This document shows positions 1 through 9,342 of a stretch of 64,000 bases of DNA, in pieces. Position 1 is the first letter of the stretch. Each line of letters opens with the position of its first letter. A program made the position numbers and the translations under genes. A model generated the notes under the pieces. It was not told the origin of the DNA, made no database searches, and was given only the letters and a program-made list of their open reading frames with translations. Origin of the DNA: an uncultured bacterium (lineage in GTDB: Bacteria > Bacteroidota > Ignavibacteria > Kapaibacteriales > UBA4661); assembly GCA_937899715.1 (NCBI GenBank), contig CALCNX010000049.1, forward strand, positions 66,602-130,601, read 5' to 3'.

Positions 1-123
1 GGCACGAGCAGAGGTATCTGCGTTGAAAATGGCTTCGGATGTAATATCACCAGTAGCAATATCTTCTTGCAAGGCGCTCAGAATAAGAGGTAGAACGGCA
101 TCACGTGTTATGGTCGTTGTCAT
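1..123 (-). CDS. nadC: Nicotinate-nucleotide pyrophosphorylase (quinolinate phosphoribosyltransferase), N-terminal fragment; the gene continues beyond the window start
   Basis: Reverse-strand translation from ATG at 123 gives MTTTITRDAVLPLILSALQEDIATGDITSEAIF, a typical NadC N-terminus (ALxEDxGxGDITS). It is below the 60-aa ORF-track cutoff because it is truncated by the window edge. Confidence 0.5.
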   Translation of the reverse strand, partial: MTTTITRDAVLPLILSALQEDIATGDITSEAIFNADTSARA

Positions 124-210
124 GGATGTAGTAAAAAAGAGTCTAAAAACAGACAAGCAATATCCCCCAAAATATGTAGGATATTGCTTGCATTAAACGT
201 TGATTGGCTA

Positions 211-534
211 TTACGGATTGACGACTGGCTTATCGGTCGAAGTTTTTTCACGCTTCATAATAGCGAGCGGAATCATCACGCAGTATGCTATTACAAGGAG
301 CGTTGGCGCGACAACGATAGCCATTGAGTTTGCCCACGTTTCAAGATGCTTTTGTGGGTCGGACGTGATGCCCGTTGCCATAAGCAGATAGCCAATGACG
401 ATTACGCCAAGGGCAGCTCCAAAATACAGAAAGTTACTTTTTGTGAGTGGAAAATTCCACTGGACACCCGCTGAACGTTGCTGTTTTCTACTTGTAGAGA
501 CAGCTTTCTTTTTCGACATGAGAAATTTCCTCAA
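211..534 (-). CDS. Small hypothetical membrane protein (two predicted TM helices)
   Basis: 107-aa ORF with a basic N-terminus followed by two hydrophobic stretches. No recognisable motif. Confidence 0.4.
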   Translation of the reverse strand: MRKFLMSKKKAVSTSRKQQRSAGVQWNFPLTKSNFLYFGAALGVIVIGYLLMATGITSDPQKHLETWANSMAIVVAPTLLVIAYCVMIPLAIMKREKTSTDKPVVNP

Positions 535-677
535 GATAAAACAATTGGGTTAGAGTTAGTAAATTTACATCTTTTTTGCCAAATTCCTAGCACCTGCAAA
601 AACTTTTTCCGTAGATTGCACGGACAACCAACAGCTGATATATCATAACAATTCAGCGAACAAAAAAGCAAAGTACT

Positions 678-1433
678 ATGAACAGAATATCAGCACCCGT
701 GCGCATCGCGCTCGTTGGCTATGGCTCTATGGGCAAAGAGTTGGAGCGTCTCGCCCCACAATATACCTGCCAAGTGGAACAAATTTTTACTGCCAAACGT
801 CCACTTTCAAGCGCCAGCGCCACAGATCTGAATTTTGATGTTGCTATTGATTTTTCTCTTCCCGCAATGGTTCTGGAAAACACCCGCTTTCTGGCAACAC
901 ACGGCAAAAATATTGTCCTCGGTACAACGGGCTGGATGCATGACAAAGACGCGCTTGCAGCCATAGTGCATGAAAGCAATATCGGGCTTGTGTGGGGGAC
1001 AAATTTTTCTGTCGGTGTGCAAATTTTTAGCCATCTTGTTCGTGCGGCGGCAGAATTTGCCGGGCGATTCGATGATTACGATGTGGCACTGCATGAACTT
1101 CATCATACCCGCAAACTCGACTCTCCAAGCGGTACAGCATTATCGCTGGTGGCATTGATTCAAGAGGCTTTACCGCGCAAAGCAGCTTTACTCACCGACA
1201 CATCACACGGGCGTATTGCACCCGAGGCGCTCCACGTTTCTTCGACTCGCATTGGCGAAACGCCCGGCACCCATACGTTCTATCTGGACTCCTTGCCGGA
1301 TACTATCGAAATCACCCACCGTGCCCGCAATAGAAGCGGCTTTGCTATTGGCGCACTGCGCACCGCACAGTGGCTGCGCGGCAAACAGGGCATGATGGAG
1401 TTTAGCGAAGTCTTCCCCCAACTGCACGCCTAA
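678..1433 (+). CDS. dapB: 4-hydroxy-tetrahydrodipicolinate reductase
   Basis: N-terminal Rossmann IALVGYGSMG and the DapB signature ELHHTRKLDSPSGTA. 251 aa, the typical length. Confidence 0.85.
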   Translation: MNRISAPVRIALVGYGSMGKELERLAPQYTCQVEQIFTAKRPLSSASATDLNFDVAIDFSLPAMVLENTRFLATHGKNIVLGTTGWMHDKDALAAIVHESNIGLVWGTNFSVGVQIFSHLVRAAAEFAGRFDDYDVALHELHHTRKLDSPSGTALSLVALIQEALPRKAALLTDTSHGRIAPEALHVSSTRIGETPGTHTFYLDSLPDTIEITHRARNRSGFAIGALRTAQWLRGKQGMMEFSEVFPQLHA

Positions 1434-1494
1434 AAAAACAAGCACAGTCTGCTTCAAAACAGACTGTGCTTGCTTCTTCGTCAATTAAATGTTT

Positions 1495-4314
1495 TTAGTC
1501 GCGGTCGGTCAATATCTCCACGATGCGCTTATTGGATAAGCCTTCGGCTTTCAATTTTTGAATAGCAGAAAGGCGTATGCCACGCGATTCAAGTTTCTGA
1601 ATGTCGTTGCTAGAAAACCCAAGTACCTTCATTTTTTTTGTAAAATCCGCATTAGACTCAGAGCGTTCAGGACGTTCAGGACGTTCAGGACGTTCGGCAC
1701 GCTCTGTCCGTTCGGAGCGTTCTATACGCTCTGGACGCTCTGCACGTTCCGACCAATCTCTGATTTCTTCGCGTTCTGAGCGCATCCGCTTTAAGGAGGA
1801 AGGTTTGATGCCGAGTACTGCAAATTCTTTGATGTCTTCTACGTGCAAGCCTGCATCTTTGTACGCCTTCACGGTCTCCGGTCTGATGCCAAGCACACCA
1901 ATTTCTTTGATGTCTTCGACGTTGTAGCCCAGTGTTTTCATTTGTTTGATGTAATCCATTTTGATACCGAGCACACCAAATTCTTTGATTTCATCAACGG
2001 GAACACCCGCCTCTTTATATGCCTTCACGTTCTCCGGTTTGATGCCGAGTACACCAATTTCCTTGATGTCTTCCACCTTGTAGCCAAGCGCTTTCATTTC
2101 CTTGATGTAACCGATTTTAATGCCCAGTACGCCATATTCCTTGATTTCGTCCACCGGTACTCCCGCATCTTTATACTCTTTCACCATTTCCGGTTTGATG
2201 CCTAGAACGCCAATTTCTTTAATGTCCTCGACTTTATAGCCTAGCGATTTCATCGAAGCGACGTAAGCGGGGCTAATCCCCAGAACGCCATACTCCTTGA
2301 TTTCTTCGGTCGGTACGCCTGCATCCTTGAGTTCTTTTACCTTATTGGGACGGATACCAAGAACGCCATATTCTTTAATTTCGTCGCTTTTGATACCCAA
2401 CTTTTTCATTTCCTCGACGTACTCCGGTTTAATTCCCAGAACGCCCAGCTCTTTGATTTCATCAAGTTTATAGCCCTTGCTCTTCATATCGGTAATGTAG
2501 TCGGTTTTAATACCAAGCACACCATATTCCCGAATTTCTTCGCCGTTCAAGCCCAGCTTTCGTGCCTCGCGGACGAAATTTGGCTTGATTCCCAAAATAG
2601 CAATCTCAATAGCATCTTTGGTGGAAAGTTCTAATCCGGCAAGGTCACGCAGCAAATCAAGTTTGACATCCGTTACAGCCATTGCGACCAAATCGCGTTC
2701 ATCCACATCTTTATAGCCAAGCGCTGTCAATTTTGCGCTAAAATCTTTGTTTGGCTGGAATGTGTAGTTTCCACGTGCTTCGCCGCCTTTAGCATCGCCC
2801 TTAAAAATAAAGGTGCCGGATTCTTTCGGAAGACGGAACTCAATTTCGCCGGAGAGGGTACGTGCGCGAGACGCTTCTAATCCCTGCACCTCGTCGTACT
2901 CCAAACGGCTGTACATCGTACCGTTATAGTGATTACGTCCCCATTTGTTTTTGGAGATGATAAGCGTCAAGGATTTTTCTTTGAACTTGGCTTCCCAAAA
3001 GCCTTCGGCGCTAATAGAATTATCGTCTGACCAAAATGAATGGGTGCTATTAGAATCGCTCGGAGCACTTGTGTTCGCCGCAAAACTTGGTGCATCGGGC
3101 GCAGATGGTGGGGCAAGAGGGCTTATGCGAGAAACGAGATTAGATGCGGCTTCCTGAGCACGTGCCATCATCGGCTCCACGAGCGGCTTCACCACAGGTT
3201 GCAAAACGGGGCTGGCGGTGAGAGATAGTGCAAAAATGGAAGTAATAACCAAATATGCCGCTAAATATTCGAGAGAGAACGTACGCTCTGTCGGTTTACC
3301 AAGCAAGCGTTTGACACGTGTGAGCAGGTGTCCGTCGTTTGCGCCCACGCCTGCGGTGGCAAAGTGCGCTTCATCACTCACAAGGGAACGTTCTTCGAGA
3401 ATTGCGAGCGCGTGCGCCAGTGCGCGGCTGTCGCCACAAAGGTCTGCTGCAAGGTCGTCGGCGGCGTGTTCGCGCTCTTGACGCACCTGTGCTGACATCC
3501 ACCAAACGGCAGGATGATAGAACATAACCGTTTCAATCACTGCTTGCAAAATGCTCATCAAATAGTCCTGATACCGTGCATGAGCAAGTTCATGGGCGAT
3601 AATTGCCTCAATATGCGCCGTCTGCAAACCCGTTAAAAAGCCCATTGGTACAAGAATAATTGGCTTCAGAAAACCGACGAGCATAGGAGCGTTCGCCAAA
3701 CCTGACTCCACAAGGAGCGGCGCACGGCGGAGTTTCAAGCGCTCGGCAAGTTCGGCGACGCGGTGCTGCCACTCAGCGCTTGCCGGATGAGCGCGGAAAT
3801 GCTTCATACGCTGTGCATAGACCATTCCACCCAGAAAGCGCAGTGCAAGGCAAATAGCACCCAAAAGCCAGACCAGAACAAGCGCGGGCAGGTATTCCCG
3901 GACACGGTCAAGCCACACAGCCTCACGCGAAAGATTCAACGGCGCAAAACGTAAAGCGCGGAAACCCTTCTGCGGCGGCGTTTGAAGCGTATTATCGGCA
4001 GGAGACACTTTATCCACCGAAGAAATTTTGTTCGCAGGAGCTTTGTCTGACTGCACAGAAGCCGCTTCCAAAGCTGCAGTATCAATGGAAAGCGGCTCGT
4101 AGAGCGCAATAAAGGTAAGGCAGGTAAGCGCCATCGTGGTCAAAAGCGCGATGGAAGCAGCAAGTGAGCGAGCACGTGCCGAAGCGCGGCGCAGCACAAT
4201 CATCACCACGCCAAGCGTGAAGGCAATCAACGTCCCCTGCCAAAGCGAGTGAAGAAGCGTCCAACCGAGTGCGTCGGTGAGCGTTGCGGGAAGTAAAGTT
4301 TGAAGCGAGTTCAT
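1495..4314 (-). CDS. BlaR1/MecR1-like M56 family metalloprotease signal transducer with a non-canonical C-terminal tandem-repeat domain
   Basis: N-terminal TM helices and the M56 zinc motif AIIAHELAHARYQDY (HExxH). An extra TM follows. Residues ~520-870 are about 13 copies of a 26-aa repeat (EIKEYGVLGIKPExVKEYKDAGVPVD / EIKEIGVLGIKxxYIKEMKxLGYKVED). The tail is ERPERPERSE low complexity. There is no penicillin-binding/OXA-like sensor fold. The gene lies immediately downstream of a BlaI-family repressor gene. Confidence 0.8.
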   Translation of the reverse strand: MNSLQTLLPATLTDALGWTLLHSLWQGTLIAFTLGVVMIVLRRASARARSLAASIALLTTMALTCLTFIALYEPLSIDTAALEAASVQSDKAPANKISSVDKVSPADNTLQTPPQKGFRALRFAPLNLSREAVWLDRVREYLPALVLVWLLGAICLALRFLGGMVYAQRMKHFRAHPASAEWQHRVAELAERLKLRRAPLLVESGLANAPMLVGFLKPIILVPMGFLTGLQTAHIEAIIAHELAHARYQDYLMSILQAVIETVMFYHPAVWWMSAQVRQEREHAADDLAADLCGDSRALAHALAILEERSLVSDEAHFATAGVGANDGHLLTRVKRLLGKPTERTFSLEYLAAYLVITSIFALSLTASPVLQPVVKPLVEPMMARAQEAASNLVSRISPLAPPSAPDAPSFAANTSAPSDSNSTHSFWSDDNSISAEGFWEAKFKEKSLTLIISKNKWGRNHYNGTMYSRLEYDEVQGLEASRARTLSGEIEFRLPKESGTFIFKGDAKGGEARGNYTFQPNKDFSAKLTALGYKDVDERDLVAMAVTDVKLDLLRDLAGLELSTKDAIEIAILGIKPNFVREARKLGLNGEEIREYGVLGIKTDYITDMKSKGYKLDEIKELGVLGIKPEYVEEMKKLGIKSDEIKEYGVLGIRPNKVKELKDAGVPTEEIKEYGVLGISPAYVASMKSLGYKVEDIKEIGVLGIKPEMVKEYKDAGVPVDEIKEYGVLGIKIGYIKEMKALGYKVEDIKEIGVLGIKPENVKAYKEAGVPVDEIKEFGVLGIKMDYIKQMKTLGYNVEDIKEIGVLGIRPETVKAYKDAGLHVEDIKEFAVLGIKPSSLKRMRSEREEIRDWSERAERPERIERSERTERAERPERPERPERSESNADFTKKMKVLGFSSNDIQKLESRGIRLSAIQKLKAEGLSNKRIVEILTDRD
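1655..1765. repeat. Short tandem DNA repeat (gacgttcag x3 and related 9-mers) encoding the (E/R)RPE low-complexity tail of the M56 protein
   Basis: Directly visible: gttcaggacgttcaggacgttcaggacgttcggcacgctctgtccgttcggagcgttc... Confidence 0.7.
1700..2760. repeat. Imperfect tandem repeat of 78 bp (156-bp super-repeat), intragenic, encoding the 26-aa protein repeats of the M56 protein
   Basis: Recurring DNA blocks ...ggtttgatgccgagtacaccaatttccttgatgtcttc... at a ~156-bp spacing, and the periodic protein translation. Confidence 0.7.
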
Positions 4315-4343
4315 AGTGCAAATCCTTTTTGCAAAAAATGAGG

Positions 4344-4733
4344 TTACCGTTGATTGTTGTTAATTTCTTCATCCAAGAGCGCCCGTATTTGCTGGAGTTC
4401 CGAGGTCGAAGGTTTGCTCGTTCCAAGCGCTTGCACCACCAGATTCATCGCCGAACCGTGAAAGACCGATGAGAGCAGTTTGCTCACGAAGGCGCTTTGT
4501 ACGTCGCCCTCGCGCACTGCCGCCGAATAGACATGGGAGCGCTGCGATTCATCGCGCGTGAGCAAGCCTTTGTCAGCCATGATTTGCATAAACTTGAGCG
4601 TCGTGGTGTATCCAATCTCATCACCGCCCGCGCGTTTGTTTTGCTCTTCGTTGACGGCGCGGACGGTCGCGCTGCCGTATTGCCAGAGAACGTGGAGTAT
4701 TTCCAGTTCTGCGTCCGTGGGTTTGGGAATCAT
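4344..4733 (-). CDS. BlaI/MecI/CopY family transcriptional repressor (penicillinase-repressor winged-helix)
   Basis: MIPKPTDAELEILHVLWQYGSATVRAVNEEQNKRAGGDEIGYTTTLKFMQIMADKGLLTRDESQRSHVY is the canonical BlaI/MecI N-terminal DNA-binding domain, about 129 aa. The ORF-track start at 4838 is probably too far upstream, so ATG 4733 is preferred. Confidence 0.85.
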   Translation of the reverse strand: MIPKPTDAELEILHVLWQYGSATVRAVNEEQNKRAGGDEIGYTTTLKFMQIMADKGLLTRDESQRSHVYSAAVREGDVQSAFVSKLLSSVFHGSAMNLVVQALGTSKPSTSELQQIRALLDEEINNNQR

Positions 4734-4779
4734 GATTTTCTCCGTGAATTGGAATAAAAGTGATGTCAAAAAATTATCA

Positions 4780-4817
4780 TACGAATATCTTCGTACAATA
4801 TTACGAAATGGTTCGTA
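4780..4817. promoter_or_regulatory. Two tandem 16-bp dyads TACGAATATCTTCGTA and TACGAAATGGTTCGTA, a candidate BlaI-type operator pair 47-84 bp upstream of the repressor start
   Basis: Perfect inverted half-sites TACGAA/TTCGTA with 4-bp spacers at 4780-4795 and 4802-4817. BlaI/MecI/CopY operators are TACA-type dyads overlapping their own promoter. A third half-site ttcgtagaa sits near 4935. Confidence 0.5.
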
Positions 4818-5263
4818 GAAAGTTGCAAAAAAATTCATGGGAAACTAAAATTCCTCGTTAGTAGGAATTTTTGACACGGATTGCAGAGGATTGCTCAGAT
4901 GTTGAAATGTGGTGACATGAGCACCGTACATATTAATCTTCAAAAAAATTCGTAGAACCTGCGAAATCTCCGTTCTTGGGAGTTTGGTCTGATTGTCAGT
5001 GTCGTGTGAAATTCTCTAATGGGTCAAAGAACATTTTTCATAGACGCAGGAAATTATCCTCGTAGTGGAATAAATTTAAGCAATTTACTGCCTTGTCTGA
5101 ACACTGGATTGTTGAACGCATCAAATTCTTGGCTTAGATATTCTCAATATCTCAATGGGCTGTATGAAATCGTGCATCAAACACATAAAATTTTTGACTA
5201 TACTGCTATGTCCTAGGTGATTGAATGGTTCTCGCTAGTTTTGAGGCACTTTTTAAGAGTAGC

Positions 5264-5815
5264 TTAAAACGGCTGCGGAGGTGGGTTCTTAAAATCAACC
5301 GTGATGTCGGCACGATGATCTTTGCCGGGAGTGATAGCGATAGTTGCTGGTTGCGCTTGATTGCCACTGGTGTTGTACACCCCGATAACGCGCCAGCCCT
5401 GCGTTGTCAGCAATCGTGTCGTATCGGTAAGCATCGCCACACAAAGATACTTGATACTTTGCGGAATAGAATCGCCAAAGACGAGTGAGTATCGTGCCGA
5501 ATCAGAAAAAAGTTGAAGAGTGCTGTCTAATTGTAATGCTGCGGGCGTGAAAAAAGCACGACCTTGTAGCAAATCGCCAATAAGGTCTTGTGGGGGAAAC
5601 TGCTTAAAGCCTACCACGCGAACTGTCCAGACGCTATCGCGGCGGGGCCAGCTTGCTTTTCCACCTACATAGCGGACAGTACCAGATATACTTGTAACGG
5701 GCGGAATTTCGGGCGGACGCAAACCACCGTCACAGCTAATAGCGATGATGAGCGTTATCGCCAATGCTGCCAGAAGTTGCCCATATCGTTGAAGTATGGT
5801 ACGGATATATCGCAT
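5264..5815 (-). CDS. Hypothetical lipoprotein
   Basis: From ATG 5815: MRYIRTILQRYGQLLAALAITLIIAISC-DGG, a signal peptide plus lipobox Cys. No family recognised. Confidence 0.5.
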   Translation of the reverse strand: MRYIRTILQRYGQLLAALAITLIIAISCDGGLRPPEIPPVTSISGTVRYVGGKASWPRRDSVWTVRVVGFKQFPPQDLIGDLLQGRAFFTPAALQLDSTLQLFSDSARYSLVFGDSIPQSIKYLCVAMLTDTTRLLTTQGWRVIGVYNTSGNQAQPATIAITPGKDHRADITVDFKNPPPQPF

Positions 5816-5925
5816 GAGAAAATTCCTCAGAGAATTTGTATTTTCGTATGTATTTTGTGGGTTCATCTGCACCTCAAATTACGCATCCTTACGCATTTCT
5901 CAAATTGTCATTTACTCAGTTCGCT

Positions 5926-6120
5926 ATGGTTAAAGCCTTTTATATCCTTATCGCAGGAAATCTCTCTGCTGCTGCGGTCTTTTTCACAACGGGTATTCTT
6001 TCTGAGAACGCCCTTCTGAATTTATGCGGCTGGATTTTTGTCGGGGCATCGCTCATTCTATGGATATTTATCATCGTGATGCGCCGTCGCTTTCCCCAGC
6101 TTCAAGGGAAAAATAAATAA
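5926..6120 (+). CDS. Possible small two-TM membrane protein (weak call)
   Basis: MVKAFYILIAGNLSAAAVFFTTGIL...WIFVGASLILWIFIIVMRRRF. Hydrophobicity pattern only. Confidence 0.25.
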   Translation: MVKAFYILIAGNLSAAAVFFTTGILSENALLNLCGWIFVGASLILWIFIIVMRRRFPQLQGKNK

Positions 6121-6166
6121 CAACAGTAGAATGGAAAAATATCTCGTTTATCACGTTTTTTGAATC

Positions 6167-8341
6167 ATGCCAACTCCAACCAAACCAAGTTTTATGAAAC
6201 GCCACCTCCTCTTCCTTGCAGCCTTCCTCTCGCTTGCATCCACAACGCTTGTGAGCCAAATCACCAAAACACCCGCACCCACCACAAACGAGGCAAAAGC
6301 TAAACAACCCATCACGCACGAAACCATGTGGTTAATGAAGCGTGTTGGTGCGCCAGCCGTGAGTCCTGACGGGAAATGGGTGGTTTTTTCCGTAACAGAA
6401 CCCAGTTACGACGACAAAGAGCAAAGCACCGACCTTTGGCTGGTTCCCTCGGACGGGAGCAAGAAACCACGACGCATCACAGCAACCAAGGGGGGCGAAA
6501 GCGGCATGGCATGGAGTCCTGACGGTACGAAAATTGTTTTCGCTGCCAAGCGCGAGGGCGATGAAGCAAGTCAGCTGTACCTGCTTGACATTGCAGACGG
6601 CGGCGAGGCACAGCGCTTGACAACGCTCTCTACGGGTGCATCAAGCCCCGAATGGCGTGGAGACGGCAAAGCGTTGCTCTTTCAAAGCACCGTGTATCCG
6701 AGTGCGCAGGACGACGAGGCAAACAAAAAAATTGCGACAGAACGCAAAGCCCGCAAATACAAAGCCCGTGTGTACGAATCCTTCCCGATTCGCCAATGGG
6801 ATCATTGGCTGGATGATATGCAAGCACACGTGTTTGTGATGCCTCTGGACGACGCGCCCATGAGCAAGCCAGCGCAGCCGAAAGACCTTTTAGCAAATAC
6901 GGCACTCGTCAAGCAAGCAGGTTTTGCAGGTGTGCCGGGCAATAGTGGTTACGATGTGCAGCCCACGTGGTCGCCGGACGGAAAGACGATTATTTTCACT
7001 GCCACAACCGAGCGTAACACGACTGCCTTTGCAGAGGCTTCCTATCATCTCTGGAGCGTTCCGGCGACAGGCGGCGAACCCAAACAAATTACCAAAGGAA
7101 AAGATGGTTACGGTGGTGCGAAATTTGCTCCTAATGGTCGGCTCTATTGCTCGTTCAATCCGAACAACGATAAAGTCTATAACCTCACACGCATTGCACT
7201 CATCAATCCCGACAATGGCGAGCGCACCGTCCTGACATCAGGCTTTGACCGCTCTATAGAAAGTTTTGAGTTCTCACCCGATGGCAACACAATTTATTTT
7301 ACTGCCGAGGATGCAGGTTTAGTGCGCTTGTACAGCATGAGCAGCACAGGTGAGAAAATCCAACCTGCGTTGGAGCAAACCGCAGGCTGTTTTAACAGCT
7401 TTAGTATTGGTGGTGATAAAACCACAGTGCTCGTTGCTCAATACGAAACTGCTGTTTCGCCAAATGAACTGGTGCGCGTGGATATGTCTGCAAAGCGTAT
7501 GAACACAATCACGGACTTCAATGCCGAGGTGCTGAAGGGTATTGACTGGCAGCCATTACGCCATTTTACCTTTACGAGTAAAGGCGGTAAGCCGATTCAC
7601 AATATGATTGCACTGCCGCCCGCGTTCGATGAAAAGAAAAAATACCCGCTTTTTGTACTCATGCACGGCGGTCCTTCGATTATGTATCGGGATGCGTTTG
7701 GTTTGCGCTGGAATTATCATCTGCTCGCACAGCAAGGATACGTGGTGCTTCTCACAAACTACACGGGTTCGACGGGCTTTGGTGAAAAGTTCGGGCAGGA
7801 GATTCAAGGCGATCCCTTCGTCACGCCCGGAAACGAAATTAATCAAGCCGCCGACGAAGCTATCAAGCGCTTTTCGTTTATTGACGCATCACGGCAGGCA
7901 GCCGGCGGCGCAAGCTATGGCGGGCACTTGGCGAATTGGATGCAGGCTACGACCACACGCTACAAATGCCTTATCTCTCATGCAGGACTAATCAATGTGG
8001 AGTCGCAATGGGGAACAAGCGACGCAATTTATCACCGCGAAGTCAACGCCGGAGGTCCGGTCTGGGAGCAAGGTAAAGTCTGGCGCGAGCAAAATCCGAT
8101 TCGCCTTGCCAAAAATTTCAAAACGCCAATCTTGTTGACGGTTGGTGAGAATGATTTCCGGGTGCCGATTAACCAGACGCTTGAGAATTGGAGCGTCTTG
8201 CAGCGCCTTCAGATTCCGAGTAAGCTGATTGTTTTTCCCGATGCCAGTCACTGGATTTTGAAAGCTGAAGATAGCCGCTATTTCTACCAAGAAGTACAGG
8301 CGTGGCTGAAGAAGTATCTTGGGAATGAAGAAAAAAAATAA
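6167..8341 (+). CDS. S9 family serine peptidase (prolyl oligopeptidase/dipeptidyl-peptidase type) with an N-terminal TolB-like beta-propeller
   Basis: Signal peptide. Repeated WSPDGK propeller motifs. C-terminal alpha/beta-hydrolase with GGSYGGHL (GxSxG) nucleophile and downstream D and H. Confidence 0.85.
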   Translation: MPTPTKPSFMKRHLLFLAAFLSLASTTLVSQITKTPAPTTNEAKAKQPITHETMWLMKRVGAPAVSPDGKWVVFSVTEPSYDDKEQSTDLWLVPSDGSKKPRRITATKGGESGMAWSPDGTKIVFAAKREGDEASQLYLLDIADGGEAQRLTTLSTGASSPEWRGDGKALLFQSTVYPSAQDDEANKKIATERKARKYKARVYESFPIRQWDHWLDDMQAHVFVMPLDDAPMSKPAQPKDLLANTALVKQAGFAGVPGNSGYDVQPTWSPDGKTIIFTATTERNTTAFAEASYHLWSVPATGGEPKQITKGKDGYGGAKFAPNGRLYCSFNPNNDKVYNLTRIALINPDNGERTVLTSGFDRSIESFEFSPDGNTIYFTAEDAGLVRLYSMSSTGEKIQPALEQTAGCFNSFSIGGDKTTVLVAQYETAVSPNELVRVDMSAKRMNTITDFNAEVLKGIDWQPLRHFTFTSKGGKPIHNMIALPPAFDEKKKYPLFVLMHGGPSIMYRDAFGLRWNYHLLAQQGYVVLLTNYTGSTGFGEKFGQEIQGDPFVTPGNEINQAADEAIKRFSFIDASRQAAGGASYGGHLANWMQATTTRYKCLISHAGLINVESQWGTSDAIYHREVNAGGPVWEQGKVWREQNPIRLAKNFKTPILLTVGENDFRVPINQTLENWSVLQRLQIPSKLIVFPDASHWILKAEDSRYFYQEVQAWLKKYLGNEEKK

Positions 8342-8370
8342 ATATCGTTATAACATAGGAGAATATCGTC

Positions 8371-9153
8371 ATGGAAATCATATATGCTCTCGTGGCTCTT
8401 GCTGTACCTGTGCTATTGTCAGGTTTTCGGGTAGCAAAGGAGTACAAACGCAATGTCGTTTTTCGTTTGGGGCGTTTTCATTCCACGCGAGGACCGGGCG
8501 TGTACTACGTCATTCCACTGCTGGAATCGTCCAGTGGGCTGGACATTCGCACAAAGACTGTTGCTATTGAGCAGCAGGAAACAATTACGAAGGACAGTGT
8601 AACGGTTAAGGTTAATGCTGTCCTATGGTATCGTATCGCTGACCCCGAAAATGCGATTGTGCGTGTGGCGGACTATCAGCAAGCAGTCTATCAGATAGCC
8701 CAGACATCACTTCGGAACATTATCGGACAGCATGATTTGGATGAAGTCTTGAAGGAGCGCGATAAAATCAACGATATGCTGGAAGGCATTGTTGACCAGG
8801 CAACTGCACCGTGGGGGGTAAAAATAGAAATGGTCGAAATGCGTGATGTAGAAATACCGGTGGCAATGCAACGGGCTATGGCACGCGAAGCAGAGGCAAT
8901 GCGCGAGAAACGAGCACGGATTATCAAAGCGGAAGCGGAGCTGGAGGCTTCGCAGAAACTCACCGAAGCCGCACGACAAATTTCTCAAAATCCCGCGTCG
9001 CTTGAATTACGTCGTATGCAGATGCTCTCAGAAATCGGTGCGGAAAACAACACGACAACGATTGTGATGATGCCATCGGAATTTATTCATCTTGCCAAAA
9101 GTGTTTCCGATAGTCTTGCACCAAAAACAGATACAGCAAACAAAGCCTCATAA
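8371..9153 (+). CDS. SPFH/band-7 (stomatin/prohibitin-like) membrane protein
   Basis: N-terminal TM, then the conserved band-7 core (VTVKVNAVLWYRIADPENAI...IEMVEMRDVEIP) and a coiled-coil Ala/Glu-rich tail. Confidence 0.85.
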   Translation: MEIIYALVALAVPVLLSGFRVAKEYKRNVVFRLGRFHSTRGPGVYYVIPLLESSSGLDIRTKTVAIEQQETITKDSVTVKVNAVLWYRIADPENAIVRVADYQQAVYQIAQTSLRNIIGQHDLDEVLKERDKINDMLEGIVDQATAPWGVKIEMVEMRDVEIPVAMQRAMAREAEAMREKRARIIKAEAELEASQKLTEAARQISQNPASLELRRMQMLSEIGAENNTTTIVMMPSEFIHLAKSVSDSLAPKTDTANKAS

Positions 9154-9342
9154 ATACTTGCTTTGTGAAGGTGCTTGCTGTGGGACGAGAGATTGTCTGC
9201 AAAAAAAGCAGATGAATTGCGTAAATTTGGCGCTGTATAAGAAAGAAATTCAACGATTAAGAGTTCAATACTGAGTATTCAAAGCTCAACGCTACTCATT
9301 TGCCAACAACTAACGAATAATAACATTTTCACGAGACCAGAT

